A DNA stretch of 64,000 bases from Pseudomonadales bacterium (lineage in GTDB: Bacteria; Pseudomonadota; Gammaproteobacteria; Pseudomonadales; JAUIET01). Positions 11,054-21,303 of this stretch are shown here, piece by piece. Made by a program: the position numbers and the translations under genes. Numbering within the stretch: the stretch's first letter is position 1; each line of letters starts with the position of its first letter. Location of the stretch: the NCBI GenBank assembly GCA_037969395.1, contig JBBKXJ010000070.1:3935-67934 (forward strand), in the 5' to 3' direction. The notes beneath the pieces were generated by a model. It did not search any database, was not told the origin of the DNA, and saw nothing but the letters and a program-made list of their open reading frames with translations.

Positions 11054-12415
11054 TTAGCTGACCTCCTCTGCGGCGCACAGGCTGGCGACCAGATGCTCCA
11101 TGCCGGCGTTGCGGGAACCCTTCACCAGCACTACGTCGCCGCTGCTGAGCGAAGCTGCGCAATAATCGGCGGCGGCGTCGCGGTCGTCGAAGGCTCGCGC
11201 CGACTTGCCAAAAGCTTTGGCCGCGCAAGCGCTGAGATTGCCAACGGTAACGAATCGCTCAATGCCACGCGCGCGTGCATACTCGCCAATCTCGGCATGC
11301 AAGCGCTCGGCATTGACGCCCAATTCGGCCATGTCGCCTAGCACGAACAGGCGTGCTCCCGGGTAGGCGGCCAATACATCGAGCGCGGCTTTTACCGAGG
11401 CCGGGTTAGCGTTATAGCTGTCGTCTATCAATACCGCGCCCTGCAAGCCTTCGCGTACCTGCATGCGCTGACCGGTGGAGGAGAAGCTCTGCAGTCCTTT
11501 TTTGATAGCTGACAATTCGATGTCAACCGCCACCGCCGCGCTGGCAGCGGCAACGGCATTGGCAATGTTATGTGCGCCCAGCACCGGCAGCTTGACCAGA
11601 GTGTCGCCTAGCGGGGTGTGCAATCGGAACGACCACTTTTGGTCGGTTTGCAGCTGCAGTTCGCTGGCATATGCGTCGGCCGCCGGGTCAGACACGCTAA
11701 ACCGAATCACGCGATGCGGCTTAAGTCTTGCAAGCCATTGCGTGGCGAAGGGCAAGTCAATATTAACGATAGCAACACCAGCGTCGCCCAAACCCGCGTA
11801 GATCTCGCTTTTAGTTTGCGCGATAGCTTGCAGCGAACCGAAGCCGTCGAGGTGAGCTGCGACGACGCTGGTGACCAACGCCACATCGGGTCGCGTCAGT
11901 TGGGTGAGGTAATGTATGTCGCCAGGCTTGGCTGCACCCATTTCTAACACGGCATAGTCGTGTTCAGGCGCCAGGTCCAGCAGTGTTAGCGGCAGGCCAA
12001 TCTCATTATTACGATTACCCCTTGTTGCCAATACCTTGCCAGCGCGGCTGAGAATGCTGTTGAGCATATCTTTGGTGGTGGTTTTACCAACGCTGCCAGT
12101 CAAGCCGATGACTTTGCCGGTAAACGCGGCGCGGTTTAACGCACCGAGCGCACCCAGCGCTTCGATAGTATTCGGCACGACAATTTGATTGACCCCGTCT
12201 TGCTCGCGCTCGACCATAGCGCCGCTGGCGCCGTTGTTGATCGCCTGCTTGACAAACGCATGACCGTCGAAGTTCTCGCCCTTAATGGCAACGAATAGAT
12301 CGCCGGGGGCTACACTGTTTGAATCGATGCATATATGGTGGAAATTTGCATCCGCTCCGCAGTGCTGTACCTGTAGGGCCGCAGCGACCTGTGACAGGCT
12401 CATCGGCGCCATCAT
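11054..12415 (-). CDS. murF: UDP-MurNAc-tripeptide--D-Ala-D-Ala ligase
   Basis: [28 protein letters not shown]. Confidence 0.97.
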   Translation of the reverse strand: MMAPMSLSQVAAALQVQHCGADANFHHICIDSNSVAPGDLFVAIKGENFDGHAFVKQAINNGASGAMVEREQDGVNQIVVPNTIEALGALGALNRAAFTGKVIGLTGSVGKTTTKDMLNSILSRAGKVLATRGNRNNEIGLPLTLLDLAPEHDYAVLEMGAAKPGDIHYLTQLTRPDVALVTSVVAAHLDGFGSLQAIAQTKSEIYAGLGDAGVAIVNIDLPFATQWLARLKPHRVIRFSVSDPAADAYASELQLQTDQKWSFRLHTPLGDTLVKLPVLGAHNIANAVAAASAAVAVDIELSAIKKGLQSFSSTGQRMQVREGLQGAVLIDDSYNANPASVKAALDVLAAYPGARLFVLGDMAELGVNAERLHAEIGEYARARGIERFVTVGNLSACAAKAFGKSARAFDDRDAAADYCAASLSSGDVVLVKGSRNAGMEHLVASLCAAEEVS

Positions 12416-13923
12416 CAGTGCATGCTCCGCTGGCTTAGTGCGCTTTGCACAACGGTATAATCGTCGAACGGCAATTTAACGTTGTTTATGTCCTGATAGT
12501 CTTCATGGCCCTTGCCGGCCACCAGCACGCAATCGCCGCCCTGTGCAGACTGCACTGCATACTCAATGGCACGGGCGCGATTAAGTTCTACGTGGATGCA
12601 GTCAGGCTTGTTGATGCCGCTGAGCACATCGGCAGCGATGGTGTCTGCGGCCTCGGTGCGAGGGTTATCATTGGTCAGCACAACCCGGTCGGCCAGGCGT
12701 TCGGCGATGCCACCCATCAACGGACGTTTGCTTTTGTCGCGGTCGCCGCCGCAGCCGAATACCAGCCATAGCTCACCGGTGCAGTGCCGACGCAGCGCAG
12801 CCAGTGCGTTTTGCAGAGCGTCAGGAGTGTGTGCGAAATCGATGACGATATGCAGTCCCAGCTCGTTGCGAACGGCCTGCATGCGACCCGCAGCTCCTTC
12901 GAGGTCGCCGACTGCATCGACGACGTCTTGCAGTTCAAAACCGTCGGCACACAGGCTACCGATTACTGCCAGTAAATTGCTTAGGTTAAACTCGCCAAAC
13001 AGCTTGCTGTTAAGTTTGGCGCTGCCCCAGGGCGAGTGCACGCTTGCGCGCATACCGTGTTCGTCAAATTCGATAGCGTCGGCCCACACATCGGCGTTGC
13101 TTTGGCTGAGGCTGTAGCTCAACACTTGCAATTGCCGGTCGTGCTTAAGCTGGGCTGCCAGTTGCACCCCCATTGCATCGTCGATATTGAGCACAGCGGT
13201 TTTCAGGTTGTCGCGTACAAACAATTTGCTTTTTTGCGCGGCGTAGTCGGCTTCGCTGCTGTGATAATCAAGATGATCATGCGTCAGATTAGTAAATGCC
13301 GCGGTCCGCACGGCAATACCGGCAATGCGGTTTTGTGCGAGGGCGTGAGAAGACACCTCCATCGCTACCGCCTCGCAGCCACGTTGCAACAATTGAGCGC
13401 ATATAGCATGGGTAGAAAATACGTCGGGCGTGGTGTAACCGGTAGCCGCGTATTCGCCGTCGACCCCCCAACCCAGGGTGCCGATAAACCCGCAGGATGC
13501 ACCCAACTGACTGTGCAGGCGAGCGTAGGCGCTACAGCAGCTGGTTTTGCCATTGGTGCCAGTGACCGCGAATACCGCGAGTTCGCTGCCAGCGTTGCCG
13601 TACATGTTGCGCGCGATTGTGCCGAGGTGCTGCTCAAGATCTTCAATGACGATGCACGGTACTTCAAGCTGCTTGCCTTGCAGTGGTGCATATTGATCGA
13701 GCAACACGCCGGCTGCGCCATTGGCGATGGCGCTGTCGATAAACTCGGCGCCATGCGAGTGCTCGCTGCGCAGCGCAACAAATAACTCCCCAGGTTGGAT
13801 AGTGCGCGAGTCCAGGCGCACTCCGACAACCGAAAGATCAGTAGTGATATCCGCGTCGACACCGCGCAACAGCTGCACCAGTGGTCGCGCTTCGCGGGCA
13901 GGCATTGTGTGCGTAGCGTTCAT
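12415..13923 (-). CDS. murE: UDP-MurNAc-dipeptide--meso-DAP ligase
   Basis: GTNGKTS, MEVSSH, DFAHTPD, DNPR (DAP-type), AGKGHE. Confidence 0.97.
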   Translation of the reverse strand: MNATHTMPAREARPLVQLLRGVDADITTDLSVVGVRLDSRTIQPGELFVALRSEHSHGAEFIDSAIANGAAGVLLDQYAPLQGKQLEVPCIVIEDLEQHLGTIARNMYGNAGSELAVFAVTGTNGKTSCCSAYARLHSQLGASCGFIGTLGWGVDGEYAATGYTTPDVFSTHAICAQLLQRGCEAVAMEVSSHALAQNRIAGIAVRTAAFTNLTHDHLDYHSSEADYAAQKSKLFVRDNLKTAVLNIDDAMGVQLAAQLKHDRQLQVLSYSLSQSNADVWADAIEFDEHGMRASVHSPWGSAKLNSKLFGEFNLSNLLAVIGSLCADGFELQDVVDAVGDLEGAAGRMQAVRNELGLHIVIDFAHTPDALQNALAALRRHCTGELWLVFGCGGDRDKSKRPLMGGIAERLADRVVLTNDNPRTEAADTIAADVLSGINKPDCIHVELNRARAIEYAVQSAQGGDCVLVAGKGHEDYQDINNVKLPFDDYTVVQSALSQRSMH

Positions 13924-15611
13924 TACACCGGCCCCGCAACTTGCAAAGCGTCGGGTGGTACGTTGAGCAAGCGCAGGCTTTCGCCAATAACTTTAGAAAA
14001 TAACGGGGCTGCTACCTGGCCGCCGAAATACATATCGCCGGCGGGATCATCTATCACAACGACGGCCACCAGGCGCGGATTGCTCGCTGGCGCGTAGCCC
14101 GCAAACACTGAAATATAGCGGCTGTCTTCGTAGCCCGCGCTGCCGATTTTATGCGACGTTCCAGTTTTACCAGCCACACTGTAATTGGGTACGCGTGCAC
14201 GCCAAGCCGTGCCACCTTCGCCAGTTACGGCTTGCAGCATGGCGTCAACCTGATCGGCAATTGCAGCGTCAATCACGCGTTCCGCAGGGGCCTCTGCTTG
14301 CCGGCGTAACAGCGTAATTTCTTTCTTGACGCCGTGGTTGGCCAGCACGTTATAGGTTTGTGCCAGCTGCAGCGGCGATACCGATAGACCATAGCCATAG
14401 GCCATGGTGACGGTGTGCAAAGGGTGCCACTCCACGTAGTCAGGCAGTATGCCAGCGCTTTCGCCGGGAAACCCGGTAGCCGGCGGCGCGCCTAAACCGA
14501 CTCGGCTCAAGACGTCGCGCACTGCGCCGTCGGCCAGATTGAGGGCGATTTTACTGGTGCCGACCTGGGAGGATTTTTGCAAAATCGTCGTTAGGTCAAT
14601 TACGCCATTGTTCGAGTGGTCGGCCAGCCGCTTGCCTTCTATATCGATGTAGCCGGGCCGCGTATCAACCGTGCTGGCTGGTGTGTACTTACCACTCTCC
14701 AGTGCCGCAACCATGGTTAGCGGTTTAACCGTCGAACCAGGTTCCAGCACATCGGTCATTGCTCGGTTGCGCATCGCCGACGGGGTTAGATGCAGTCGCT
14801 GGTTGGGATTGTAAGAAGGCTGATTAACCATCGCCAACACCTCGCCCGACTGCGCATTAAGCAGCACTACCGATCCGGCTTTGGCCTTGAAACGCTTGAT
14901 AGTACGCTTCAACTCGCGGTACGCGTGGTATTGCAGGCGCATGTCGATACTTAGCGCGATATCTTTGCCGTCGCTTGCCTCGGCCACCGATTCGAGGTGT
15001 TGGATGATGTTGCCGTAGCGGTCCTGCAGGATGCGTTTGGCACCGGATTTGCCGCTTAGCCAGCCGTTATACGCCAGCTCCAGCCCTTCAACACCATGTT
15101 CGTCAATATCGGTGAAACCGAGCAAATGGGCGGTGACTTCTCCGGCCGGATAAAAGCGTTTGTATTCGTCGCGCCCGTAAACCCCGATGATGCCCAGATC
15201 AAGAATTTTTTGTGCTTTGACGGGCGCTAAATGCCGGCGCAGATAAATAAATTCCTTGCCTGCGTTGGCTTCCATCTTACGAGTAAGGTTAGCTTCGGCT
15301 ACGCCGGCCGCTACTGCGATATGCGGCCACTGGTCTCGCTGCTGCATCAGTTCTTTGGGGTTTAGCCAAATTGAAACGACCGGCGTGCTGATCGCCAATG
15401 GCTTGCCGTGGCGGTCGGTAATCATGCCGCGGTGCGAGCTGGAAACGACTGTACGTATTGAACGGTCGTCGCCTGCGTCTTGCAGAAATTCAGCGCCTTT
15501 AGCGCCGTCGAATACTTGCAAGGTAAGCAGGCGCACAACCAGCGCTCCCGCCAGACACAGCAGTAGTGCGGCGACCAGCGCGAAGCGCCAATCAGCAGCG
15601 GTGATTTTCAA
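13923..15611 (-). CDS. ftsI: Division transpeptidase PBP3 (class B)
   Basis: N-terminal TM, RGMITDR, EPGSTVKP (SxxK), KTGT. The second motif reads SSQ rather than SSN. Confidence 0.96.
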   Translation of the reverse strand: MKITAADWRFALVAALLLCLAGALVVRLLTLQVFDGAKGAEFLQDAGDDRSIRTVVSSSHRGMITDRHGKPLAISTPVVSIWLNPKELMQQRDQWPHIAVAAGVAEANLTRKMEANAGKEFIYLRRHLAPVKAQKILDLGIIGVYGRDEYKRFYPAGEVTAHLLGFTDIDEHGVEGLELAYNGWLSGKSGAKRILQDRYGNIIQHLESVAEASDGKDIALSIDMRLQYHAYRELKRTIKRFKAKAGSVVLLNAQSGEVLAMVNQPSYNPNQRLHLTPSAMRNRAMTDVLEPGSTVKPLTMVAALESGKYTPASTVDTRPGYIDIEGKRLADHSNNGVIDLTTILQKSSQVGTSKIALNLADGAVRDVLSRVGLGAPPATGFPGESAGILPDYVEWHPLHTVTMAYGYGLSVSPLQLAQTYNVLANHGVKKEITLLRRQAEAPAERVIDAAIADQVDAMLQAVTGEGGTAWRARVPNYSVAGKTGTSHKIGSAGYEDSRYISVFAGYAPASNPRLVAVVVIDDPAGDMYFGGQVAAPLFSKVIGESLRLLNVPPDALQVAGPV

Positions 15612-15898
15612 TTCTTTACCGCCACAATGTTTTTGCTATCCGGTGCCAGCATTTTTAGCTCTTTACGCGCTTTGCTCTCTACTAACGTATGTGAGGAAAA
15701 AGCACTCTCTTCAAGCAGCAATTGACCCCATTCCACTTCGCTGCGTACGGCTTCCTGCTGCAGTGTTTGCAACTCATGAAACAGGCGACGCGAATTATGA
15801 CTATTGACTGTAACCAGCAGAGCACTCACCAGCAGCGCGCACACCAGCAGCAACGGTAAAATCCTTGCATTGCGATAAAATCGCTGCCGAGTGTCCAT
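15608..15898 (-). CDS. ftsL: Cell division protein FtsL
   Basis: TM plus coiled coil, EWGQLLLEES; lies between rsmH and ftsI. Start at ATG 15898 chosen (ORF extends to 15955). Confidence 0.9.
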   Translation of the reverse strand: MDTRQRFYRNARILPLLLVCALLVSALLVTVNSHNSRRLFHELQTLQQEAVRSEVEWGQLLLEESAFSSHTLVESKARKELKMLAPDSKNIVAVKN

Positions 15899-15935
15899 TG
15901 TGCCGCCTTGTTCTTTGTCCGCTGCTGTTATGAAT

Positions 15936-16874
15936 TTATATGCGTTTTTCTGCAACGCGCATGACCGCGCTGCGCGCTCTTACATTGCGCTCAACTTCAT
16001 CTTTTGTTGGTTTGACTCTTTTACCCAACGGCCACAGCGCCGGTCCCGTTGCCGCCGTCGCTTGCAGGGGAATGTAGGCCGGTGCCTGGGCTAAGTTGTC
16101 GCCGCTGGCGCTGCGCATAAATCGCTTCACGATGCGGTCTTCCAGCGAATGGAAGCTGACAACCACCAGACGACCCGATACCGCCAGTAAATCCAGCACT
16201 TGATTCAGCATTTGCTGCAGGTCGGCTAACTCGTCGTTTATAAATATGCGTATTGCCTGAAACGATTTGGTGGCCGGGTGCCGTTTCGGCTCCCAGCGTG
16301 GGTGCGCCTGTTTGACAATGGCAGCCAATTGCGCGGTTGTCGTGATCGCCTGCTCGTCACGAGCGCTACATATGGCGTTGGCGATGCGACGTGCAAAGCG
16401 CTCTTCGCCAAAGGTTTTGAGCACGCTGGCAATTTCCTCGCTACCTGCGCTGTTTACCCACTGCGTCGCACTGATGCCCTGCGCCGGGTTCATGCGCATG
16501 TCGAGAGGGCCATCGTGACTGAAGCTGAAGCCGCGTTCGGCCTGATCGATCTGGGGCGAGGAAACGCCGAGGTCGAGCAGAATGCCGGCGATTTCGCCGT
16601 GTATACCCTGCTGTTCCAGTGTTTGTTTCATTTCGGTAAATGATCCCGAATACATTTCAAATCGTGGCTCTAGTGCCGCTAATTCCCGTCCTGCCTGCAC
16701 TGCCTGCGGGTCTTTGTCTATGCCAAACAATCTACCGTTATCACTTAGGCGCGCGAGAATTTCCCGAGCGTGACCCCCTCTGCCAAAAGTGCCGTCGATA
16801 TATGTGCCGTCTATATCCCACACCAACGCATCAACTGCTTCTGTGAGTAATACCGTCTGATGATCGCCCATCAA
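15936..16874 (-). CDS. rsmH: 16S rRNA m4C1402 methyltransferase
   Basis: HQTVLL, DGTFGRGGH, DLGVSSPQ, SFHSLEDR. Confidence 0.98.
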   Translation of the reverse strand: MMGDHQTVLLTEAVDALVWDIDGTYIDGTFGRGGHAREILARLSDNGRLFGIDKDPQAVQAGRELAALEPRFEMYSGSFTEMKQTLEQQGIHGEIAGILLDLGVSSPQIDQAERGFSFSHDGPLDMRMNPAQGISATQWVNSAGSEEIASVLKTFGEERFARRIANAICSARDEQAITTTAQLAAIVKQAHPRWEPKRHPATKSFQAIRIFINDELADLQQMLNQVLDLLAVSGRLVVVSFHSLEDRIVKRFMRSASGDNLAQAPAYIPLQATAATGPALWPLGKRVKPTKDEVERNVRARSAVMRVAEKRI

Positions 16875-17323
16875 TAATTAAACCCGGCCAGCAGTTCCGC
16901 GGCTTCACCGCTGTTCATCAAATCTTTCAGCTCGTCGTTCTCAGCGGCCCAGTCCTGCTCATTCCATAGCTCTATGTTTTTACCCATGCCGGCGAGCACC
17001 AGCTTGCTGTTAAGGTGCGCATATTCGCGCAACATTGGCGGAATAAGCAGGCGTCCGTTAGCATCGAACTCAACCTCGCGAGCGTTACCAACGAATTTGC
17101 GTTGAAACTTCTTCACCAGGCGGTTCATATTGGAGCGCGACAGCAAATCTTCGAGTACGAGTCGCCAGGCAGACGGAGGGTAAATGAGCAAACAGTCAGA
17201 TGCGGGATCGCAGGTGATAACCAGACTGTTGTCAACGTCGTCAGGCATCTGTTTACGCAACGCGGCAGGCAACGCAAAGCGCCCCTTGGCATCCATCGTT
17301 GCGTTACTCGGCCCGTGAAACAA
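16871..17323 (-). CDS. mraZ: dcw transcriptional regulator MraZ
   Basis: Two DxxGR repeats (DAKGR, DANGR); first gene of the dcw cluster. Likely TTG start at 17323 (MFHG...). Confidence 0.95.
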   Translation of the reverse strand: MFHGPSNATMDAKGRFALPAALRKQMPDDVDNSLVITCDPASDCLLIYPPSAWRLVLEDLLSRSNMNRLVKKFQRKFVGNAREVEFDANGRLLIPPMLREYAHLNSKLVLAGMGKNIELWNEQDWAAENDELKDLMNSGEAAELLAGFNY

Positions 17324-17360
17324 TTTCGACCCCACTTTCCCTGGATATGAATGCTAAAAA

Positions 17361-17395
17361 ACCACAAACACCCACTAAAAACCACTTTTCTCCAC
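17361..17395 (-). promoter_or_regulatory. MraZ-binding dcw boxes (4 x GTGG at 10-bp period)
   Basis: Minus strand GTGGAGAAAA-GTGGTTTTTA-GTGGGTGTTT-GTGGT, immediately downstream of the -10 element; matches the known MraZ GTGGG direct repeats. Confidence 0.85.
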
Positions 17396-17403
17396 TTGGC
17401 GCG

Positions 17404-17433
17404 ACTATATGGATTGCGCGGCTCATTTGTCAA
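17404..17433 (-). promoter_or_regulatory. sigma70 promoter of the dcw cluster
   Basis: TTGACA (17433-17428), 18-nt spacer, TATAGT (17409-17404). Confidence 0.75.
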
Positions 17434-17728
17434 CCAGCCAATTGTCAAATGTGTCACGAAATGGGCTTATAAATCAGGATCTTGCTGGGAATTTACGAGA
17501 TATTGCAGAGTTCTTGCAAGTGGAGGGACACTAAAAAGCATAACAAATATACTCTTGTTATAGACAGTTAAAGTGATGCATTAACTTCTATATTCTTTCG
17601 TAATATAAATGAGCTTTTAAAATCGCCAGCAGATGTATGAAGGCTGGCATAGCAGGATTTGAGATGTCGCTTAGCGGTGAAAAGTCGAGTTGTGGCAGAT
17701 GCTGTCTTCTGCACTATTCAAAATAAGT

Positions 17729-18071
<343 letters not shown>

Positions 18072-18077
18072 GCGCGT

Positions 18078-18106
18078 AAGATAGCGTGGTTATGCATTTC
18101 GTACAA
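18078..18106 (-). promoter_or_regulatory. rnpB sigma70 promoter with GC-rich discriminator
   Basis: TTGTAC-N17-TATCTT-ACGCGC directly before the RNA 5' end. Confidence 0.7.
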
Positions 18107-18169
18107 TAGTTTTGAATGCCACGCTGCGTACGGCTTCCTGCGACGTGCGCGCAGCGTGCTGGCTGCATT

Positions 18170-19006
18170 CTACTTTTTCTCAAGGGCCTGCTGGTAGAGC
18201 AGGTTTTTCTTGACGCCGGTTATTTGCGCTGCCAGTGCTGCAGCCTGTTTGAGCGGCAAGTTCGCTAACAGAATATCGAGCACCCGGCTCGCTTCAGCGT
18301 CGGCTGCATTCGACTGCTCGCGCGCCCCCTGAACCAGAATTACGATTTCACCTCGCTGCTGATTGGCATCGTTGCTAACGAAATCGCATAGCTGCGCCAG
18401 ATCGCCGCTGTAAACGGTTTCGTGTATTTTAGTTAATTCGCGTGCCAGCACCGCCGGCCGGTCAGCACCCAGCTGACGACACATGTCTTGCAAACATGAC
18501 AGCACTCGGTGCGGCGCTTCGTAGCAAACCAGCGTATGCGGCGATTGTTGCAGCTGGCGCAGCCGGTCGCTGCGTGCTGTGGCTTTGGCCGGAAGAAAAC
18601 CGATGAACAGGAAACTATCAGTCGGCAACCCCGCGACCGACAGGGCAGCAATTGCGGCATTGGCACCGGGAATGGGAATCACTCTATGCCCGGCCGCCCG
18701 CACCTGCTTTACCAATCGATAGCCGGGGTCAGAAATAAGCGGTGTACCGGCATCGCTGATCAACGCAACGCTATTGCCAGCATCGAGCTCGGCAATTACT
18801 TTTACCGTGGTATGCTCCTCGCTGTGTTCGTGATACGGTATGGCTGGCGTGCGTATCCCGTAGTGCTGAAATAGTCGCTGACTGTGCCGAGTATCCTCGG
18901 CGGCCACCAAAGCAACCGTTTGTAGCACATGCACAGCTCGATGTACCATATCACCCATATTGCCAATCGGCGTTGCGACAACATATAAACCGTGATCTAT
19001 TTTCAA
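18170..19006 (-). CDS. rsmI: 16S rRNA Cm1402 methyltransferase
   Basis: LYVVATPIGN, AEDTR, SDAGTPLISDPG, RELTK. TTG start with GAGGA RBS. Confidence 0.97.
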   Translation of the reverse strand: MKIDHGLYVVATPIGNMGDMVHRAVHVLQTVALVAAEDTRHSQRLFQHYGIRTPAIPYHEHSEEHTTVKVIAELDAGNSVALISDAGTPLISDPGYRLVKQVRAAGHRVIPIPGANAAIAALSVAGLPTDSFLFIGFLPAKATARSDRLRQLQQSPHTLVCYEAPHRVLSCLQDMCRQLGADRPAVLARELTKIHETVYSGDLAQLCDFVSNDANQQRGEIVILVQGAREQSNAADAEASRVLDILLANLPLKQAAALAAQITGVKKNLLYQQALEKK

Positions 19007-20890
19007 CAGTCTTATTCCTCAATAAAATGGGGTCGGCAGCAAGCGCTGCGTCTGATATTGACCTCGTTTCTGGCAGTCTGTCTGGGGGCATGTAGCGGGA
19101 TCAAGCCAGAGCAAGTTTACCGCAATCCGCCACTGCAAAAGCAAGCCGTTGCCGAGCAGGTCGAGCATTGGTTGCAGTTAGCAGCTACCCGCGAAGAGCC
19201 GCTAGCCAGTGAGGCACGCCTGCGGGCTGCCAATCTGCTGATCGATAGCAACCAGCCGCAAAGAGCAAAACGCATTGTGGAGCAGATCACGTCGTCCAGC
19301 GACCTGCCGCCGGAGCTCGCTAACGAATATACACTGGTCAATGCAAGACTGTTTTATAGCGAGCGGCAGTATGACAAGACACTTTTTCTGCTCGACAGTA
19401 TCGATAACGACGAGCACTTCATTCGCGAGCTGGAAGTGCGCATTAGCCTGCTGCGTGCGCGCGCACTGGCCAAGCGCAATCAACTGATTGCCAGTGCTGA
19501 GCAGCGCATTTTTATCGCCTCATTGTTACGCGATCCTGACGAGCAAGAGCGCAACCATACCGCCATTTGGCGTACGCTAATTCAGGTACCTGTCAGTGAA
19601 CTGGAAACTGAAACGCGGGCCGCAAATTCGCGTGAATTACGCGGCTGGTTAGCACTCGCGCTGCTACATCGTTTCTTTATTGACGACGTGGCGCGTCAGG
19701 ACGAGCAGCTTAAAGTCTGGTTAGGGGAATGGCCTGATCATCCTGCAGCTAAGGCCTTACCGGCAGAGCTTGCCGTACTTGAGGAGATCACAGCGAACTT
19801 GCCTGACAGCGTTACCCTGCTGCTACCGCTCTCTGGAAAGCTGGCCGCAGCCGGTGCTGCAATACGCGATGGCTTTTTTGCCGCTTATTACAGCAGCGGT
19901 CAACACACGGCAATTCAAGTCGATGTTGTCGACAGCGACGCAGCTGATGATTTTAACCAGCAATATGCCAGCCTTGCAGACAGCGGTACAGACTTGATCA
20001 TTGGCCCGTTACAAAAAAGCCGAGTGCAGAAAATCTCTAGACTTGAAGAACTGCCAGCGCCTACGCTGGCGCTGAACTATATTGATTCCGAGAAACCGTT
20101 ACCTTTTTACCAGTTTGGGTTGTCGGCGGAGGATGAAGCCAGTCAAACTGCCGAACGCGCCATGATGGATGCGCATCGACGCGCCCTGATCATCAGCCCC
20201 GACACCCCGTGGGGCAAGCGGGTGGCAGCGGCCTTTGATCATCATTGGGGTGAGTTGGGTGGCGTCACGCTCGACCAGGTGCGCTTTCAGCAGGCAGAAA
20301 CCGTTTCAGCGTTGATCAGGCAGGCGTTGCATGTCGACATAAGCGAGAACCGCGCCCGCCGCATAGAACAAATTGTGCAGTCACAAATCGAGTTCACTCC
20401 ACGCCGACGCAAAGACGTCGATATGATATTTTTGGCCGCACGACCGCAACAGGCGCGGTCACTCAAGCCTATTCTGGCATTCCACTACGGCGGTAACATA
20501 CCTGTATATGCTACCTCGCACATCTATTCAGGACAGCGCCAATGGCAAAAAGACAGCGACTTGAACGGTATTGTGTTTAGCGATATGCCTTGGATACTGG
20601 ACCCCTATCAGCCGCTAAGAACTATGCTGCAAGAGTATCTCCCGGATGAGTCGCGGCGCTATGGCCGCATGCACGCATTTGGTGTCGACGCTTTTCGTTT
20701 GATTTCGCGTCTGTGGCAACTTGAAGCCAATGCTGGCGCTATGTTGCGCGGTGCTACCGGCGCTCTGTATATGAGTGCCAACAAACAGGTCCACCGCCGG
20801 TTGGACTTCGCAGAGATTAAACGCGGGTTACCTGTGCGGATTCCCGATACACAGCAAATGCTGGATGACCCTGGCGGGCGCGGGTCGTAA
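18992..20890 (+). CDS. lpoA: PBP1A activator lipoprotein LpoA (LppC family)
   Basis: Lipobox LGAC, helical N-domain, WPDHPAA, LLLPLSG, IIGPL, YATSH. Start uncertain. Confidence 0.9.
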   Translation: MIYFQQSYSSIKWGRQQALRLILTSFLAVCLGACSGIKPEQVYRNPPLQKQAVAEQVEHWLQLAATREEPLASEARLRAANLLIDSNQPQRAKRIVEQITSSSDLPPELANEYTLVNARLFYSERQYDKTLFLLDSIDNDEHFIRELEVRISLLRARALAKRNQLIASAEQRIFIASLLRDPDEQERNHTAIWRTLIQVPVSELETETRAANSRELRGWLALALLHRFFIDDVARQDEQLKVWLGEWPDHPAAKALPAELAVLEEITANLPDSVTLLLPLSGKLAAAGAAIRDGFFAAYYSSGQHTAIQVDVVDSDAADDFNQQYASLADSGTDLIIGPLQKSRVQKISRLEELPAPTLALNYIDSEKPLPFYQFGLSAEDEASQTAERAMMDAHRRALIISPDTPWGKRVAAAFDHHWGELGGVTLDQVRFQQAETVSALIRQALHVDISENRARRIEQIVQSQIEFTPRRRKDVDMIFLAARPQQARSLKPILAFHYGGNIPVYATSHIYSGQRQWQKDSDLNGIVFSDMPWILDPYQPLRTMLQEYLPDESRRYGRMHAFGVDAFRLISRLWQLEANAGAMLRGATGALYMSANKQVHRRLDFAEIKRGLPVRIPDTQQMLDDPGGRGS

Positions 20891-20893
20891 TAG

Positions 20894-21253
20894 ATGAAAG
20901 TCATCACTGGCGCTGACGCCGAATTGCTCGCACTAACCCGTTTGGAGGAGCAAGGCCTGAGCCTGATTGCCAGAAATTTTGCGTCACGCTTTGGCGAAAT
21001 TGACCTGGTGATGCACGACCAAAGCATTATCGTATTTGTCGAGGTTAGATATCGCAAAACAAGCAACTTTGGTGCGGCCGTTGCGACGGTTGACCGGCGC
21101 AAACAAAAGAAACTGATTCTAGCGGCGCAGTGGTTTTTGCAACAAAGGCGTTGGAGCGACAGGGCCGCACGCTTCGATGTCATCGGAATATCACCTCATC
21201 GCGACAGCGGTCAACTGGAATATGATTGGTGCAAAAATGCATTTGGAGCTTAA
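20894..21253 (+). CDS. yraN: YraN family (UPF0102) nuclease-like protein
   Basis: GEIDLVM, VFVEVRYR, RFDVI; usual synteny. Confidence 0.93.
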   Translation: MKVITGADAELLALTRLEEQGLSLIARNFASRFGEIDLVMHDQSIIVFVEVRYRKTSNFGAAVATVDRRKQKKLILAAQWFLQQRRWSDRAARFDVIGISPHRDSGQLEYDWCKNAFGA

Positions 21254-21303
21254 TGCTTCAGCTGCCGATAACCCGCTAATGAGCCAATGCACTTCAGGCT
21301 GTT

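Noticed and set aside
17440-17720. AT-rich spacer between mraZ and rnpB, and the 70-aa ORF 17351-17563
   Set aside because: Consistent with promoter DNA; the ORF overlaps the MraZ boxes and promoter, and I saw no RNA structure or mobile-element ends.
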